This document shows, piece after piece, positions 41,690 through 54,546 of a DNA stretch of 64,000 nt. A program made the translations under genes and the position numbers. How positions within the stretch are numbered: position 1 is the stretch's first letter; every line of letters starts with the position of its first letter. The notes beneath the pieces are model-generated. The model saw only the letters and a list, made by a program, of their open reading frames with translations. It searched no databases and was not told the origin of the DNA. This DNA comes from Octopus vulgaris (taxonomy: Eukaryota): contig OX597827.1 of assembly GCA_951406725.2 (NCBI GenBank), positions 74,586,001 to 74,650,000 on the forward strand, read 5' to 3'.

Positions 41690-42550
41690 CTAAGTTGAAC
41701 AGTATATTTATTTTAGTATGCTTTAGGTAGCAGGAGGAGAATAGAAGATATTATTTTGAGTCCGTTTGTTTGAAGAAGATGTTGATCTCAATTTCAGTAT
41801 CTGTTCTTATGATCAAGATGTCCAGGAGGTGTAATTGTTTGTGGCTGTATCCCATTGTAAATTGGATATTGTGGTTAATGCTGTGATTCAGTTGTTAAAT
41901 TCTAAGAGTTGCTAAAAGTTATATGACCACAGAAGGAAACAATCACCCAGGTCGTATTTTCAGTTGGTTAGTAAGTATTTTTGGAAGTTGTCTCCAAATT
42001 TCAGCCTAGCGTGCTCCTATATTTCGACTTCCAAATATGACATGACAAGGTTAGCAAAAGTAGGGTTTACCATCTTTTGTCTACGGATCTTCTCGTTGAA
42101 GTTGAAGAAGTTGTTCTGTGGGATGAATTTTATTCCTTCAATGATGAATTCTTTTCCGATTCAGTCAGGAAGGTATTCTAGGAATTTTTCCAGCCAGAAC
42201 TTTTTGGCTTGTATTTCGCTTTCGTAAGGGATCTAAGTGTAGAAGTTTATTACATCGAATGGAACCAGAAGGGAGTCTTTGCTGGTTTTGTTCGGGAGAT
42301 GGTTTAAAAGGTCCAGATCATCCCTTATAAAACACGGTATATGTTGGAGGATACGTTTTAGGACGACGTCAATAGGGTCTGTGTCTCACACGACGGACCA
42401 GCCACAATTGGTTGCATTTGGGATCTCTCGGATGTAGAATATTCCTGACTAAAGTTCTTTACTTGTTACAGGCTTCCTTTATGGCTTCCCTTTTGTAGAT
42501 TTTTGGAAGCCCTTAAAAGTTGCTGGATTTGCAACTTTCATTCCTCATCG
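41690..42550 (-). mobile_element. Decayed Penelope-like RT remnant
   Basis: Broken minus-strand motifs GLPKIYK, LVPFDVINFYT, FANLVMSYLEV, LGDCFL, HLLDILI. Confidence 0.7.
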
Positions 42551-42870
42551 ATTATTTCTAATGCTACTGAATTTTGTGCATTTAAACAAGATGAGCCATA
42601 TTTGTTATGCTATTGAATGTTGGGAACATTTAAATCATTTGAGATTATTGAATTTTGTAAGAATTAAATCATTTAAACACGTTTTTCTGCTTTACAATTT
42701 TAAATTTTTACCATTGATGAACAAACAATTGTTGAAACTAGATTGGTGTTTATGTAAATAAATTTATTTAAAAACAATTACAAGTTTTTCAAATTCAGGT
42801 GCATTTTCAACATCAAATTCTCATACATACATACATACATATATACATACACACACACACACACATACAT

Positions 42871-42909
<39 letters not shown>

Positions 42910-42941
42910 CATACACACACACGCACACATATATATATATA

Positions 42942-43789
42942 CGTGGTATGATCAATGAGTATACGGACTCTTGTCATAGTGACGAAGCTAAAGCACGCAG
43001 AGTGAAGCCGCTACGCATGCGCTCTAAGATTTAATATTCTCGCTCACTTCCCTTCTTTGCAGCAGTGCTTGGAAGGATGGTATATAACGTGTTATCATCG
43101 CATTGACCATCACAGAGAAAACTGAGCAGAGAATCTGGGCTAAAGTTTGCGAAAAGCTTAGCGATACCTGCTAAGAGGGTTACGCAAAGTTTTCAAAATA
43201 TTTTCATCGTTCTCTACACAAGCAAGGAAATCTTGTGCAACTGAAACCTGTGTATCTTCTTGGTCATCTGAAAGCAGTTTTAGCACAAACTTGGCACACA
43301 GGCGTCTCATACCCAAATCGCTAGTGATAATGGACTGAACTGAACCGGAACTAATCTGCACATCCTCTGATAATTCACAGATATTTATTCGACGATTTCC
43401 CCTCAGAGCTGCACGCACATTTGCGATGTTTTTCTCTGGTTGTCAGTTTCCTAGAATGTTCGTCAACATCGGCCATCTTGGAAACGTCTGAAACACTTAT
43501 ACATATGCGTGCGGCTCATACACTCTTCTCCATATACTTTCTGCAATTATGTGTAGGCTTCTGAGCAGGTGTCACCATGACAACTTTCTCTGTCATGGTC
43601 AATGCGACGATCACACGCTACACACCTTCCTATCAAGTATCGCAGAAAACAGCGGAAGTAAGCTAGAAAGTTAAAATTACTGCGCATGCACAGCAGAGTT
43701 CACGGTTAAATTTTGCCAAGCGATTTTACTCTGTGTGCATTAGCTTCGTTACTATGGCAAGAGTCCGGATACTTATTGATCACCTCATG
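42942..43789. mobile_element. Mariner-derived foldback element made of two inverted 5' ends
   Basis: 42942-43160 and about 43560-43789 are imperfect inverted repeats; internal minus-strand transposase remnant (RRINICELS..AKFVLKLL). Confidence 0.7.
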
Positions 43790-43799
43790 AAGTGGTATC

Positions 43800-44620
43800 A
43801 ACCAGTACAGTAGTGCGCCAAGAGATGGCAGCACATGGTTGCGTGTGCAATGAGAGCTAGCAGTGGCCTTGATGAGGCAATATTCTGAGTGACATTGCTG
43901 TGTTTACTCCGCGAGTTGTGCATCTTCTAGTTTGTGATCCCGTGTATGCTGTAGTTTGCGATTTTGTCATGGACAAGTAGAAGGATCCAACATGAAATTT
44001 TGCGTTAAACTTGGGACGTCTGCTACACAGACATCCAACATGCTTACGACCATGAAGCAATGGATCTTACGCAATGTTTCGAGTGGAACGAGCGATTCAA
44101 AAGCAGACCAACGTTCCTCGAAGATGATAAACCAAATGGAAGACCTACGACGACAGAAACCCCGGAGAATATAGTATTGTGCATCGAGAATTTGTGCTGC
44201 AGGGCCTGAGAATCGATCGGGAATTTTAATCCGATGTTTTGAAGCGTTGGGGAAGGTCATTCAGGGAAAGCCATCGGGTCTGTGGAGCCCAAAGAATTGG
44301 ATTCTTCGAGAAGAAAATGCAACCTGTAACCGAGCTCTCCTCACTCGTGAATTTCTCGCCAAAAGCAACATGGTGTTGCTTTTCACCATTCCTATTCGCC
44401 GGGTTTAGCAACTGAGGACTGGCATTTCTTCCCCGTCACCGTTTAACCACACTTGTCGAGATCCAGACCGAATCATATAAGGTCCCCGACTCACTTACGG
44501 GAAACGACTTCCAGACAGGATTCCAAAACTGGAAACTGTGTATTGCTGTGCAAGGTGACTATTTCCAAGGAAATAATGTTAAATCTTAGTTAAATAGTTA
44601 AATAAGTATGTTTTGTATTA
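43800..44620 (+). mobile_element. Decayed mariner remnant
   Basis: MKFCVKLGTSATQT..FEW..RFK and degraded DNA / YSPDLAP-like segments. Confidence 0.6.
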
Positions 44621-45599
44621 AACATAACACCCATGTGGTGGTGTTAAACTGAACGACAGGTTCAGGACGTTCCGATGGGCTTCCATACTGTTTACATCAA
44701 CTAAATCATAAAACTGTAGATGATCGATTTTTAAAAACGCTTACAAAGAATTTCACGTTGATGGATTAAAAACAGGACTAAAAAAATTGCTAAACGAGCA
44801 TCTTAGCCACACCACCAAGCCCGCTTCCCTTATATTGAGTTATAAAGCAATAAACAAACGAAACCCCACCACATATATAAGCTAAATAGAGGACTTGGCC
44901 TCCTGGCTACCGTTTGCGATCCAGCTTCTAACTTTCCTTCATATCTAGTGGGAGTTGTTGGTATCCACTTATACACGCTCGTGACACCACTTTAATGTTG
45001 TTCTACTCGTGTTACCCCAAAGCACATGAGCATGTACACTTACTCAACTTCCATATATCTGTCCGAGCAATGACACAGTTCGTCTCGAGTTGAGTCCAGG
45101 ATATGACGTTGAAGACTCAAAACGAAAGAGAAATATCAATATCTGTTGTTTTTGTTCACTTCTTTATTACAGCTGCAAAAAAAAATCACAAAACCGGAAT
45201 AAAATTTTGTTGGTACATTTATGATTTGACATCAAATCATATGTTATATGCAACATCACAATCTTATTCCAGTCCTGGCCACAACAGTTTGACGAACGGA
45301 AAGTGAATCTTTGAGTAACTGTTTTGCGATGATTTTGTAGCTTTAATAAAAAGTACTTTACTCTACCTTCGGTATTCGTGTATTGTTCTTTTTCACCTTG
45401 TTTTGTGTTTGTGCTTACTCGTCTGTGTGTGTGTGTCTTTTAAATTTTTTACGAGACCCCTTTTGAATATGCACATAAAGCCCCTATTCCATTATGCCGG
45501 CCACAGCCTAACGATACTGACTGGCGAACCAGTCTCTTGAGGTAGCATCGAGCTGCACAGATATAACGCAAGATAAATATAATAGTAATGACAACACTA

Positions 45600-46040
45600 A
45601 CCTTTGGATGGAATTTATAAACATTTAATGCTTCATTACGCGCATTTCTAGCGTTCATATGTCTCTTAAGATCACCGACCGTATTCCGGGGATTATTACA
45701 TTGTAGCCCGTAGTACCCGTGGGCATCACGTTGATCATCTTCGTGGATTAAATCTCTTGAGTCGATATAACATTCATGGATGTACAACAGAGGGACGCTC
45801 ATCCTATTTGACTCACTCTAGTTTCATACTCGTCGAAAGGTTTAAGCGCCCCTCTGTTGTACATCCATGAATGTTCTATCGCCTGAGGAAATGAATCCAT
45901 GAAGATGATCAAACTGATGAGCACGGAGGATACTACGGTCTATACTTTAATCATACCCGGAATTCGGACTCCGATCTCAAGGGAGTGAATTGTAGAAAGC
46001 GCGTAGCGATGCATTAAATGTTTGTAAATTCCATCAAAGT
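45600..46040. repeat. Imperfect palindrome (about 200-bp arms, about 45-bp spacer)
   Basis: aacattcatggatgtacaacagaggg vs ccctctgttgtacatccatgaatgtt, and ctttggatggaatttataaacatttaatgc vs gcattaaatgtttgtaaattccatcaaag. Confidence 0.8.
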
Positions 46041-46071
46041 TATATATATATACATGCATATATGTACGTAC

Positions 46072-46170
<99 letters not shown>

Positions 46171-46207
46171 AAAAAAGGTTTGAAAATGCAATTTAATCGA
46201 TGTTTAT

Positions 46208-46252
46208 TTACTTAACCGGTTTCACTCTTTGGTAAAAGTTTGTCAAAAGTAA
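46208..46252 (-). ncRNA. Minimal type-I hammerhead ribozyme candidate with U3-A8 core
   Basis: Minus strand: TTACTT-TTGACAA-ACTTTT-ACCA-AAGAGT-GAAA-CCGG-TT-AAGTAA; all three stems pair. Confidence 0.7.
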
Positions 46253-47571
46253 CATTTAAGGAAACATTGAATAATATGGGTTCAAAATAGTTTTTTACAT
46301 AATTGTCACATTGAATATTATGCATTCAAAAAAGTTTTTTTACATAATTGTCACATTGGATATTATGAATTCAAAAATGTTTTTTTATACATAATTGTCA
46401 CATTACATGTATAAATATAGTGTTTGGTAACAGAGAAGTTCAATAGTGTGATGAGAATATTTGGGAAAATTTGGCAGAAAAGGATAAAACAAATATATTA
46501 TTGGGAATTGGTTGCGTTAATTATTGGTTGTCGCAAATTGTCACATTACATGTATATATATACAGTCTTTGGTATATATATACAATCTTTTGACAGCAAA
46601 AATTAAAATGGATTTTTTATACATCTCAGAATATTTTAAGTTGAAGGCGAGAATGTTTTTACTGACCTGTTGGTATTAGCAGAAAGGCTGAACTGAGAGA
46701 AAAGAAGTAGCCAGTGTGGTGTATACTTCCCCTTTATGCATGAATGATTTTGGGGTTATCGGGAGGTTAGTATGCGGGTGTGAATAGATGTGTCCTTGCC
46801 TGCTGGTCAGATAGCGTCTGTTTGTCACACACATATATATACACACACACACAACAACACACACACACACACACACACACATAGTATACAAACACACACC
46901 ACATACAAACAACACACACACACACACACACACACAGAACACACACACACACACAACGCACCCACATATATCACATATACACACAGCACACAAATATAAC
47001 ATGTATCTATATATAATATACACAGATATATAACACACATACACACACAACACACACACACATACACACACACAACACACGCACACATACATACATAATA
47101 TAAATATCACACAAAAACACCTAGCATATATATACACATACAATACACACATACAGCATGTATATAATACACGTACACAATATATGCATGCAATATACAT
47201 ACGCAATACATACATATAATATATATATATATATATAGACAATGCATATACATATATACATATATACATATAAATAGTGTTTACATACACATACATAGAT
47301 ATACCACATATACACACAATATACATACATACAATGCATACACATACACGTACGCATACATATAATATATATATACACACACACACACATAACATACATA
47401 CACAATGCATACATATATATACACGCAATGCATATACATGTATTCATGCATATATAGCACACCTACAATATACATATACACAATGCGCATGCAAATAATG
47501 TACATGTTTATACACACATAAACATGCAAATAAATATACACACACACACATACACACACACATATATATAT

Positions 47572-47611
<40 letters not shown>

Positions 47612-47807
47612 ATACATACATACATGCACATACATATATTTTTTCACACACATACACACACATATATATATATATAAAAAAATTCACCCCCCCACACACA
47701 CAAATTATAAACCTATAGCGTACACACTCAAATATATCTCTACATACCGCACACACACACAAACAAAGTACTAACATATACACACATACCATGCATATAC
47801 ACACACA

Positions 47808-47853
<46 letters not shown>

Positions 47854-49903
47854 CAAAACAAATACTCATGTAAATACATACACACGTACACAATGCTCAC
47901 ACACACACACATACACACACACACGCACACAGTGCACACACACACACACATATATACACATGTGCACACACACACACACACAACGCGCGCGCACACACAC
48001 ATATACACACACACGCGCACAGTGCACACACACACACACACATATATATATACACCCGCGCACGCACACACACAACGTGCACACATACACACACACACAC
48101 AACACTCACACACATACATCACCTACATATATATAATGCATGCGTGTGCATGCCACGTATGTGTGCGGTCAATGCCCGCTAGTGTGTCCTATGCGTGCCG
48201 ATGCGCGCATGTGCCCGCCCGCACGATATGCTGTGAGCGTGCGCGTGTCCCTGTGTGCTTGCTCTGGATGTGTTTCCAGGGAGTATGTTAGAGTATGTTT
48301 AGTTGTGGTCTGTATTTTTGAATAAGATTACTTTCCTTATTTATTCGTGTTTGGTCTGTGGTGTTGTCCGAACATTGGTATAGTGGGAAGACTAAGAATT
48401 TGGGGGACTTATTGTGTGCACAAAGGTCTAAGTGTCCACTTAGTGGTATCTGTCTTGTGGAGGGGTCCCTCAGTTGTTGTCGGTGAACTGTCATTCTTTC
48501 TCTGAGGGTAAGGCTCGTTTGCCTATGTAGTCTTCGTGGCATCCTTCACACCTTATGACGTAGAGTAAATTTTTTGATGCGCACGTGAAATTATTTTTTA
48601 TGATGAATGTGTGTCCCGAGTGGAACTTGTACGACGATCCCTCAATGAGGTGGATGCAGGTCTTGCAGTTGGGGCGACCACATTTTTTGATGGTGGGCGG
48701 TGGGTTTGTGTTGTGTAATTTTGCGTTGGTGAGGAGGTTTTTAGGGATTTAGGTTGTCTCTTACTTTTTATTATTTTATGAGCTGCCAGTATTTTTTTCA
48801 GGCGTGGGTCTTGATTTAGTTGTGGAATGTTGTTGTATATAATAGTGTAAGCTTCTGCATTCCTTGGGTTGTGTGTTGAGAGATGGGGGAGGCTATTTAC
48901 TGTACTGTGGATGTGTTTGGGTTTTCGAAGGTCTTGAATGTTGATTGATTTGGCCCGTTCTATTCCGTTGTCTACTAGTGATGCCGGATAATGTCTTTCA
49001 AGAAGAATTGCCCTTAGTTCCCGGAGTCTTCTATTTCGTGTGATATTTATATTATGTATGTATGTGTGCGTGTGTTGTGTGTGTGTATGTGTGTGTGTGT
49101 GTGTGTGTTGTGTGTGTATGTGTGTTATATATCTGTGTATGTTATATATAGATACATGTTATATTTGTGTGCTGTGTGTATATGTGATATATGTGGGTGC
49201 GTTGTGTGTGTGTGTGTGTGTTCTGTGTGTGTGTGTGTGTTGTTTGTATGTGGTGTGTGTTTGTATACTATGTGTGTGTGTGTGTGTGTGTGTGTGTTGT
49301 TGTGTGTGTGTGTATATATATGTGTGTGACAAACAGACGCTATCTGACCAGCAGGCAAGGACACATCTATTCACACCCGCATACTAACCTCCCGATAACC
49401 CCAAAATCATTCATGCATAAAGGGGAAGTATACACCACACTGGCTACTTCTTTTCTCTCAGTTCAGCCTTTCTGCTAATACCAACAGGTCAGTAAAAACA
49501 TTCTCGCCCTTCAACTTAAAATATTCTGAGATGTATAAAAAATCCATTTTAATTTTTGCTGTCAAAAGATTGTATATATATACCAAAGACTGTATATATA
49601 TACATGTAATGTGACAATTTGCGACAACCAATAATTAACGCAACCAATTCCCAATAATATATTTGTTTTATCCTTTTCTGCCAAATTTTCCCAAATATTC
49701 TCATCACACTATTGAACTTCTCTGTTACCAAACACTATATTTATACATGTAATGTGACAATTATGTATAAAAAAAACATTTTTGAATTCATAATATCCAA
49801 TGTGACAATTATGTAAAAAACTTTTTTGAATGCATAATATTCAATGTGACAATTATGTAAAAAACTTTTTTTGAACCCATATTATTCAATGTTTCCTTAA
49901 ATG

Positions 49904-49948
49904 TTACTTTTGACAATCTTTTACCAAAGAGTGAAACCGGTTAAGTAA
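49904..49948 (+). ncRNA. Second copy of the U3-A8 hammerhead candidate
   Basis: TTACTT-TTGACAA-TCTTTT-ACCA-AAGAGT-GAAA-CCGG-TT-AAGTAA. Confidence 0.65.
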
Positions 49949-50019
49949 ACATCGTTTAAATTGCATTTTCAAACCTTTTTTCTTATATAATCCCACTCGT
50001 GCGATACCCCACAACTCAA

Positions 50020-50105
<86 letters not shown>

Positions 50106-50707
50106 CATATACATATATATATATATATATATATATGCCTGTATGGGTACGCGTCGTCATAAAATGTAAATATCATGAAATACGAAAACATGGAATACGA
50201 ACTTTTATGCGAAAAAATGAAGATGCAAATGGAAAACAAGACAAATAACATAAAGAACGACCCTTCATCAGCTGTCAGCAGTTTTATCTACACCATATAT
50301 TTCGAGCAATTACGTCAAGATGTATCTTCGAGAAACAGTTGCTCCCGCAAAGCAAAGTAAAATTGGGGATTTGCGGAAGATCAAAGCCGGTAACAAAATC
50401 CGGACTGTGAAAACAAACAGTAATGCCTGCTAAGCCATAACGAAGGGATGTGGTGAACGCTAGAGGAACAAGTTTTGACAGGAGAAAAGTTAGGTGAGGA
50501 GACAGACAAGAATGCGTGTGATCTGTGTGGTAGATCAAAAGGAAAGAAAGTTAGGTAAAGAAAAATAGCCTATGGTCGTGTGTGAGCATTGAGAGAGTAA
50601 AGGAATAGGAAGGTTAGGAGAGAGAGAAGGACAGATAGAGAATGATACAGAGAGTAGCATCAAAATTATTAAGATAAACTTACTTGGAAATTGTTGCGTG
50701 GCTTTCA

Positions 50708-50769
<62 letters not shown>

Positions 50770-51481
50770 CACACATACATCATATATATATATATATATA
50801 TATATACATACACACATACATCATATATATATATATATATATCAAATGGATGTGTTATAAAACTATTCCGCACATACAATAACAGCCATACCAACAATCC
50901 AACATACTGCCATCATCAGCTGCCCCACGGATATCATTATGGTTTTGACACCAGGGCAGTACCATTCAATCCAGCGGTGTCAACAGCACTAAAATAAGTG
51001 TTGTTTAGGAACAAACATACCCTAGATGTCACCACATTCATTCAATCTAAATTCTAGGAAGGATTAAACACTAACATTATTAATTAAACTACAACAAAGA
51101 AACACATTTATCCTATGTACACAAACAGTATCGGTAAATAAATTCTATATGTAAACCTATAACGAACTCCTAAAATATCTAATTAAATAGCGACCTAAGC
51201 TTTGAAGTCCATACAGATGATACTCCCACCAGTGTTCCACGCACTAGGGTCGATGTAATCGACTTAATCCCTTTGTCTGTCCTTGTTTGTCCCCTCTGTG
51301 TTTAGACCCTTGTGGGTAGTAAAGAAATAAATATAAAAGTGCAATTCTCTTCGCTCCAAAACAAAACAAAACAAACTCGATTATACGTGTGTGTGTCTGT
51401 CAGTATATCTGCACACGCACATACATATATGTGTATTTATGTATTATATAAATGAATGTATTTTGTGTTGATGAGAAGAAA

Positions 51482-53110
51482 AAGGTGCAGCTGTATTGTA
51501 AGAAGTGTTCTTCCCAACCATATGATTCCAGGCTCAGTCCCATCGCGTGGCACATTGAGCAAGTGTCTTCTGGGATAGCCTCGGGCCAACCAATACCTTG
51601 TGAGTAGTTGTGGTCGGAAATTGATAGAATTCTTATTGCGTCTATACGAGGAGCGTTCAATAAGTAATGCCCCTGACCCACTTCCCATAGCAGTAGAGCA
51701 ACGACACTTGGCACAGTTATTAGTCTTTTCCTACATAGGAACTACCCAGAGTTATGCATTTCTCCCATCGTTTGATACAGCTTTGGAGACCGTTTTGTAG
51801 AAGACCCCAGCTTGGTCCTCCAACCACGACGTGACTTCAGAAATCAAGGCTGCATCATCTGGGAAACGCTTTCCTTTCAAAATCAACTTCATGGCTGGGA
51901 AGAGGTGAAAATCAGAGGGTGCAAGGGGAGGAGTTCATAGCTGCACGCCTGTGCTTCTCATCTGGCGACACGCGAGTTGTGGACCAGAGCGTTGTCCTGC
52001 AGGAGGAGGATGCCTTTGCTGATCTTGCCCCGCCTCTTGATTTTTTGATAGCTTCTCTTCATTTCCTCAAAAGTGAAGCATAATAGGCTCCTGTAATTGT
52101 GGTACCCTTTGCCAGGAAATCTGTCATCACTACTCCGTCCTGGTCCCAGAAGACTGTGAGCATAACCTTGTCAGCGGAGGGCTGCACCCTTGCCTTCTTT
52201 GGAGGAGGTGAGTCACGGTGCTTTTACTGCATTGACTGGGCTTTGGTCTCTGGATCATAGCGATGGACCCAGATTTTATCCTGTGTGATCAGTCTTTTGA
52301 AAAATTTTGACTCATCTTCTTGGCACATCTCCAAATTCATTCTCGAGCACTCAACGCGTTCTTGCTTCTGGAAAGGTATGAGCAACCTGGAAATCCATCT
52401 GGCAGACACCTTTTGCATATGCAAATGGTCATGAATGATAGTTTCCACAGACCCGGTACTAATCTTGACCTTATGGGCTATTTGGCGAATAGTTATGCGT
52501 TGACCTTCCAAAATGGCAGCCTCAACTTGACGGACAGACGTCTCATCAACGGCAGAAAGGGGCGACCCGATCTGGGAGCTGTTTCCACAGAGTTCCGACT
52601 ATTTTTGAATTCACAATGCCAGCGTTTTACAAGGTCATATGATGGGGCATCATTACCATAATTACTTTCATTTCATCAAAAGTCTCCCGTGGTGTGCGTC
52701 CTTTCAAATACAAAAACCAGATCACTGCTCGACACTCAACAGGCTCCATTTCACACTTGACTCAGTTCAAACACCTGTACATCAGAAACCACAATTAGTT
52801 CAGAGCTGTAATTCGCCACTTAATCTATGGAGGTATAAATAAGTGCACATGCAAAATTGCAGCTAGATCCAACAACTGCAAGTGGGTCAGGGGCATTACT
52901 TATTGAATGCCCCTCGTGTTTCTTACAGACCACCGCTGGAAAACCGGTGTTGTTATGTTTACGTCCCCTTATCTTAGCCATTCGGTAAATGAGGCCAATA
53001 GGATGAGCACCAGGCTTACAAAAAAAGTACTTGTGCTGATTCTTTCTACTGAAGTTTTTCAATGCGTTGCCCTTGCATGGATCCAATTTAGTGACTGAAA
53101 TAAGTAAGAT
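51482..53110 (+). mobile_element. tRNA-SINE (29845 family) split by a mariner insertion
   Basis: SINE head at 51482-51645 and body/tail at 52917-53110. Confidence 0.65.
51647..52916 (-). mobile_element. Mariner, second copy of the 12207-13496 family, inactivated
   Basis: Same TIRs and transposase peptides (KVSARWISRLL); small deletion and stops. Confidence 0.95.
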
Positions 53111-53616
53111 ACAATTTAAGAAGATATAGCGCCTTGTTAGCTTCGTCAAATCTGTTTGTGGAGAGAGCTGATCTGAAACAGTATCGTTTCTATATATAAT
53201 ACCGAACATGTGGGGCTTTCATAGTTCAGGGGGACGTAATCCTGATATGTGTAACGGTAAACTTTTTCCCCATCAACAGACATAAATCTATTTGCTATTT
53301 TTCGCGGGGGGGAGGGACCAAGCCCCTTTGTGTACTGATGTATTAACACGTTCATAAACAGTTAAGGTGTTCAAAAACACCTCTACGCATATTAGGATAC
53401 GTTGTATCTAAGCGTTTCTAGAAATATCCCGGTTTGTGATTTCGCTGAAAAGTTTTCACTAGATTTTTATTTTCACTAACAAACATTTTGGTTTATGGCA
53501 TTCATATGGCTGGGATGAACATAAATATCATTTTTTTAACATTCTACAAGATTTCTAAGTTATTCCACTTGATGTCAGCTAAAAAATTTAAAAATCTATT
53601 TTTATTTATATTAAAG

Positions 53617-53706
53617 ACCAATGTGATATCACCAAAGGAGATTGCGTCGCAGATAATGAGAAGGAAGAAAATAATTGTAATAAAAGTACTTGCTTCAGAA
53701 AACCTG
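53617..53706 (+). CDS. Cysteine-rich phase-1 exon of a secreted or cell-surface protein
   Basis: Acceptor ttaaag|, donor |gtaagt, 90 nt, symmetric phase 1. Translates xQCDITKGDCVADNEKEENNCNKSTCFRKP(G), in frame with the next exon. Confidence 0.6.
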
Positions 53707-54087
53707 GTAAGTTTAGTAGTATTAGTGTTATTTTATATCATTTAATAGAATAACATGATACAGATGTTACTCTCATATTTTGCATGTTCCATCACCCTGT
53801 AATAGTTTTAGATTCCTTCATTAGAGCGCGGTTTCTTATTGCATTGTGAGTGTTATTATATGTAATTATCTGTGCGTGAACTTGTACACACATGTCTGAA
53901 ATACTGATTCCGTTCTGTAAATTACCATCACAGTAAAGAAGACAAAGAGGACCACGATACGTATTCTATTAGAAGACAGAGAATGACTAAGAGCAAGAGA
54001 AAATATGTATCAATTGATAACTATGAATCAATTTTAGGCAGAAAGCATTAGAAAAGTTTTCTCATGGCTACATATTTTAAATATATC

Positions 54088-54118
<31 letters not shown>

Positions 54119-54437
54119 CTAATAATATGAATTTTAAATATCAGAAAAAATTCATTTCTAAATTTTTCAAAATAGATACCTTTCGTTATAATAAAATTAA
54201 AATGTAGCTGATGTTAACATTGTTAACATGTTTTTGTTTACAGTGTTCATATGATAAATTTTATATTATCATACCAAATACTTTTCGGATTTATTTTGCT
54301 TCGAAAAGTGATGGGAATATCACCCGTATTATTACACGCGGAGTAATTTATTTATAATGAAGCTATGTCCTATAATTTCTTTACACTAAGTGAGAAGATA
54401 CATTGCGGAACTGTTATTTTAACGAGTTATATCTGTT

Positions 54438-54546
54438 AATCACCCGAAGAGACACATCTGCACGGTCAGATGCGCCTGACCCGGTTGAGAAGTATCCCAC
54501 CCGTGACAGATCGATGCTAGATGTGTCGAAACAATCGTATTGTATT
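54438..54546 (+). ncRNA. Hammerhead-like motif with long stem II (U4C core)
   Basis: CCGAAGA-GACACATCT..AGATGTGTC-GAAAC-AATC-GTA; stem I is weak. Confidence 0.4.

Larger units (their letters stand above)
46163..49990 (-). mobile_element. Penelope-like element with about 950-bp inverted pseudo-LTRs (46163-47108 and 49040-49990) around a thumb/GIY-YIG fragment (48288-49039)
   Basis: Arms near-identical in inverted orientation; minus-strand KCGRPNCKTC, NLLYVIRC, LRERMTVHRQQLR; long CA/TA-rich 3' UTR. Confidence 0.9.

Noticed and set aside
45172-45302. Strong splice acceptor (ttctttattacag) with an open frame; candidate earlier exon of the EGF gene
   Set aside because: Weak donor, phase incompatible with the phase-1 exon at 53617, and no signal peptide or recognisable domain.
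46291-46405. Short regularly spaced repeats resembling a CRISPR array
   Set aside because: Tandem minisatellite without unique spacers, no cas genes, eukaryotic context.
46676-48325. Long Cys/Val/Tyr- and His/Thr-rich ORFs
   Set aside because: Translations of CA/TG/TA microsatellites in a PLE UTR; not genes.
50255-50285. Minus-strand CTGATGA motif in a (TA)n-flanked repeat
   Set aside because: No matching stem II-GAAA-stem III found; incomplete.
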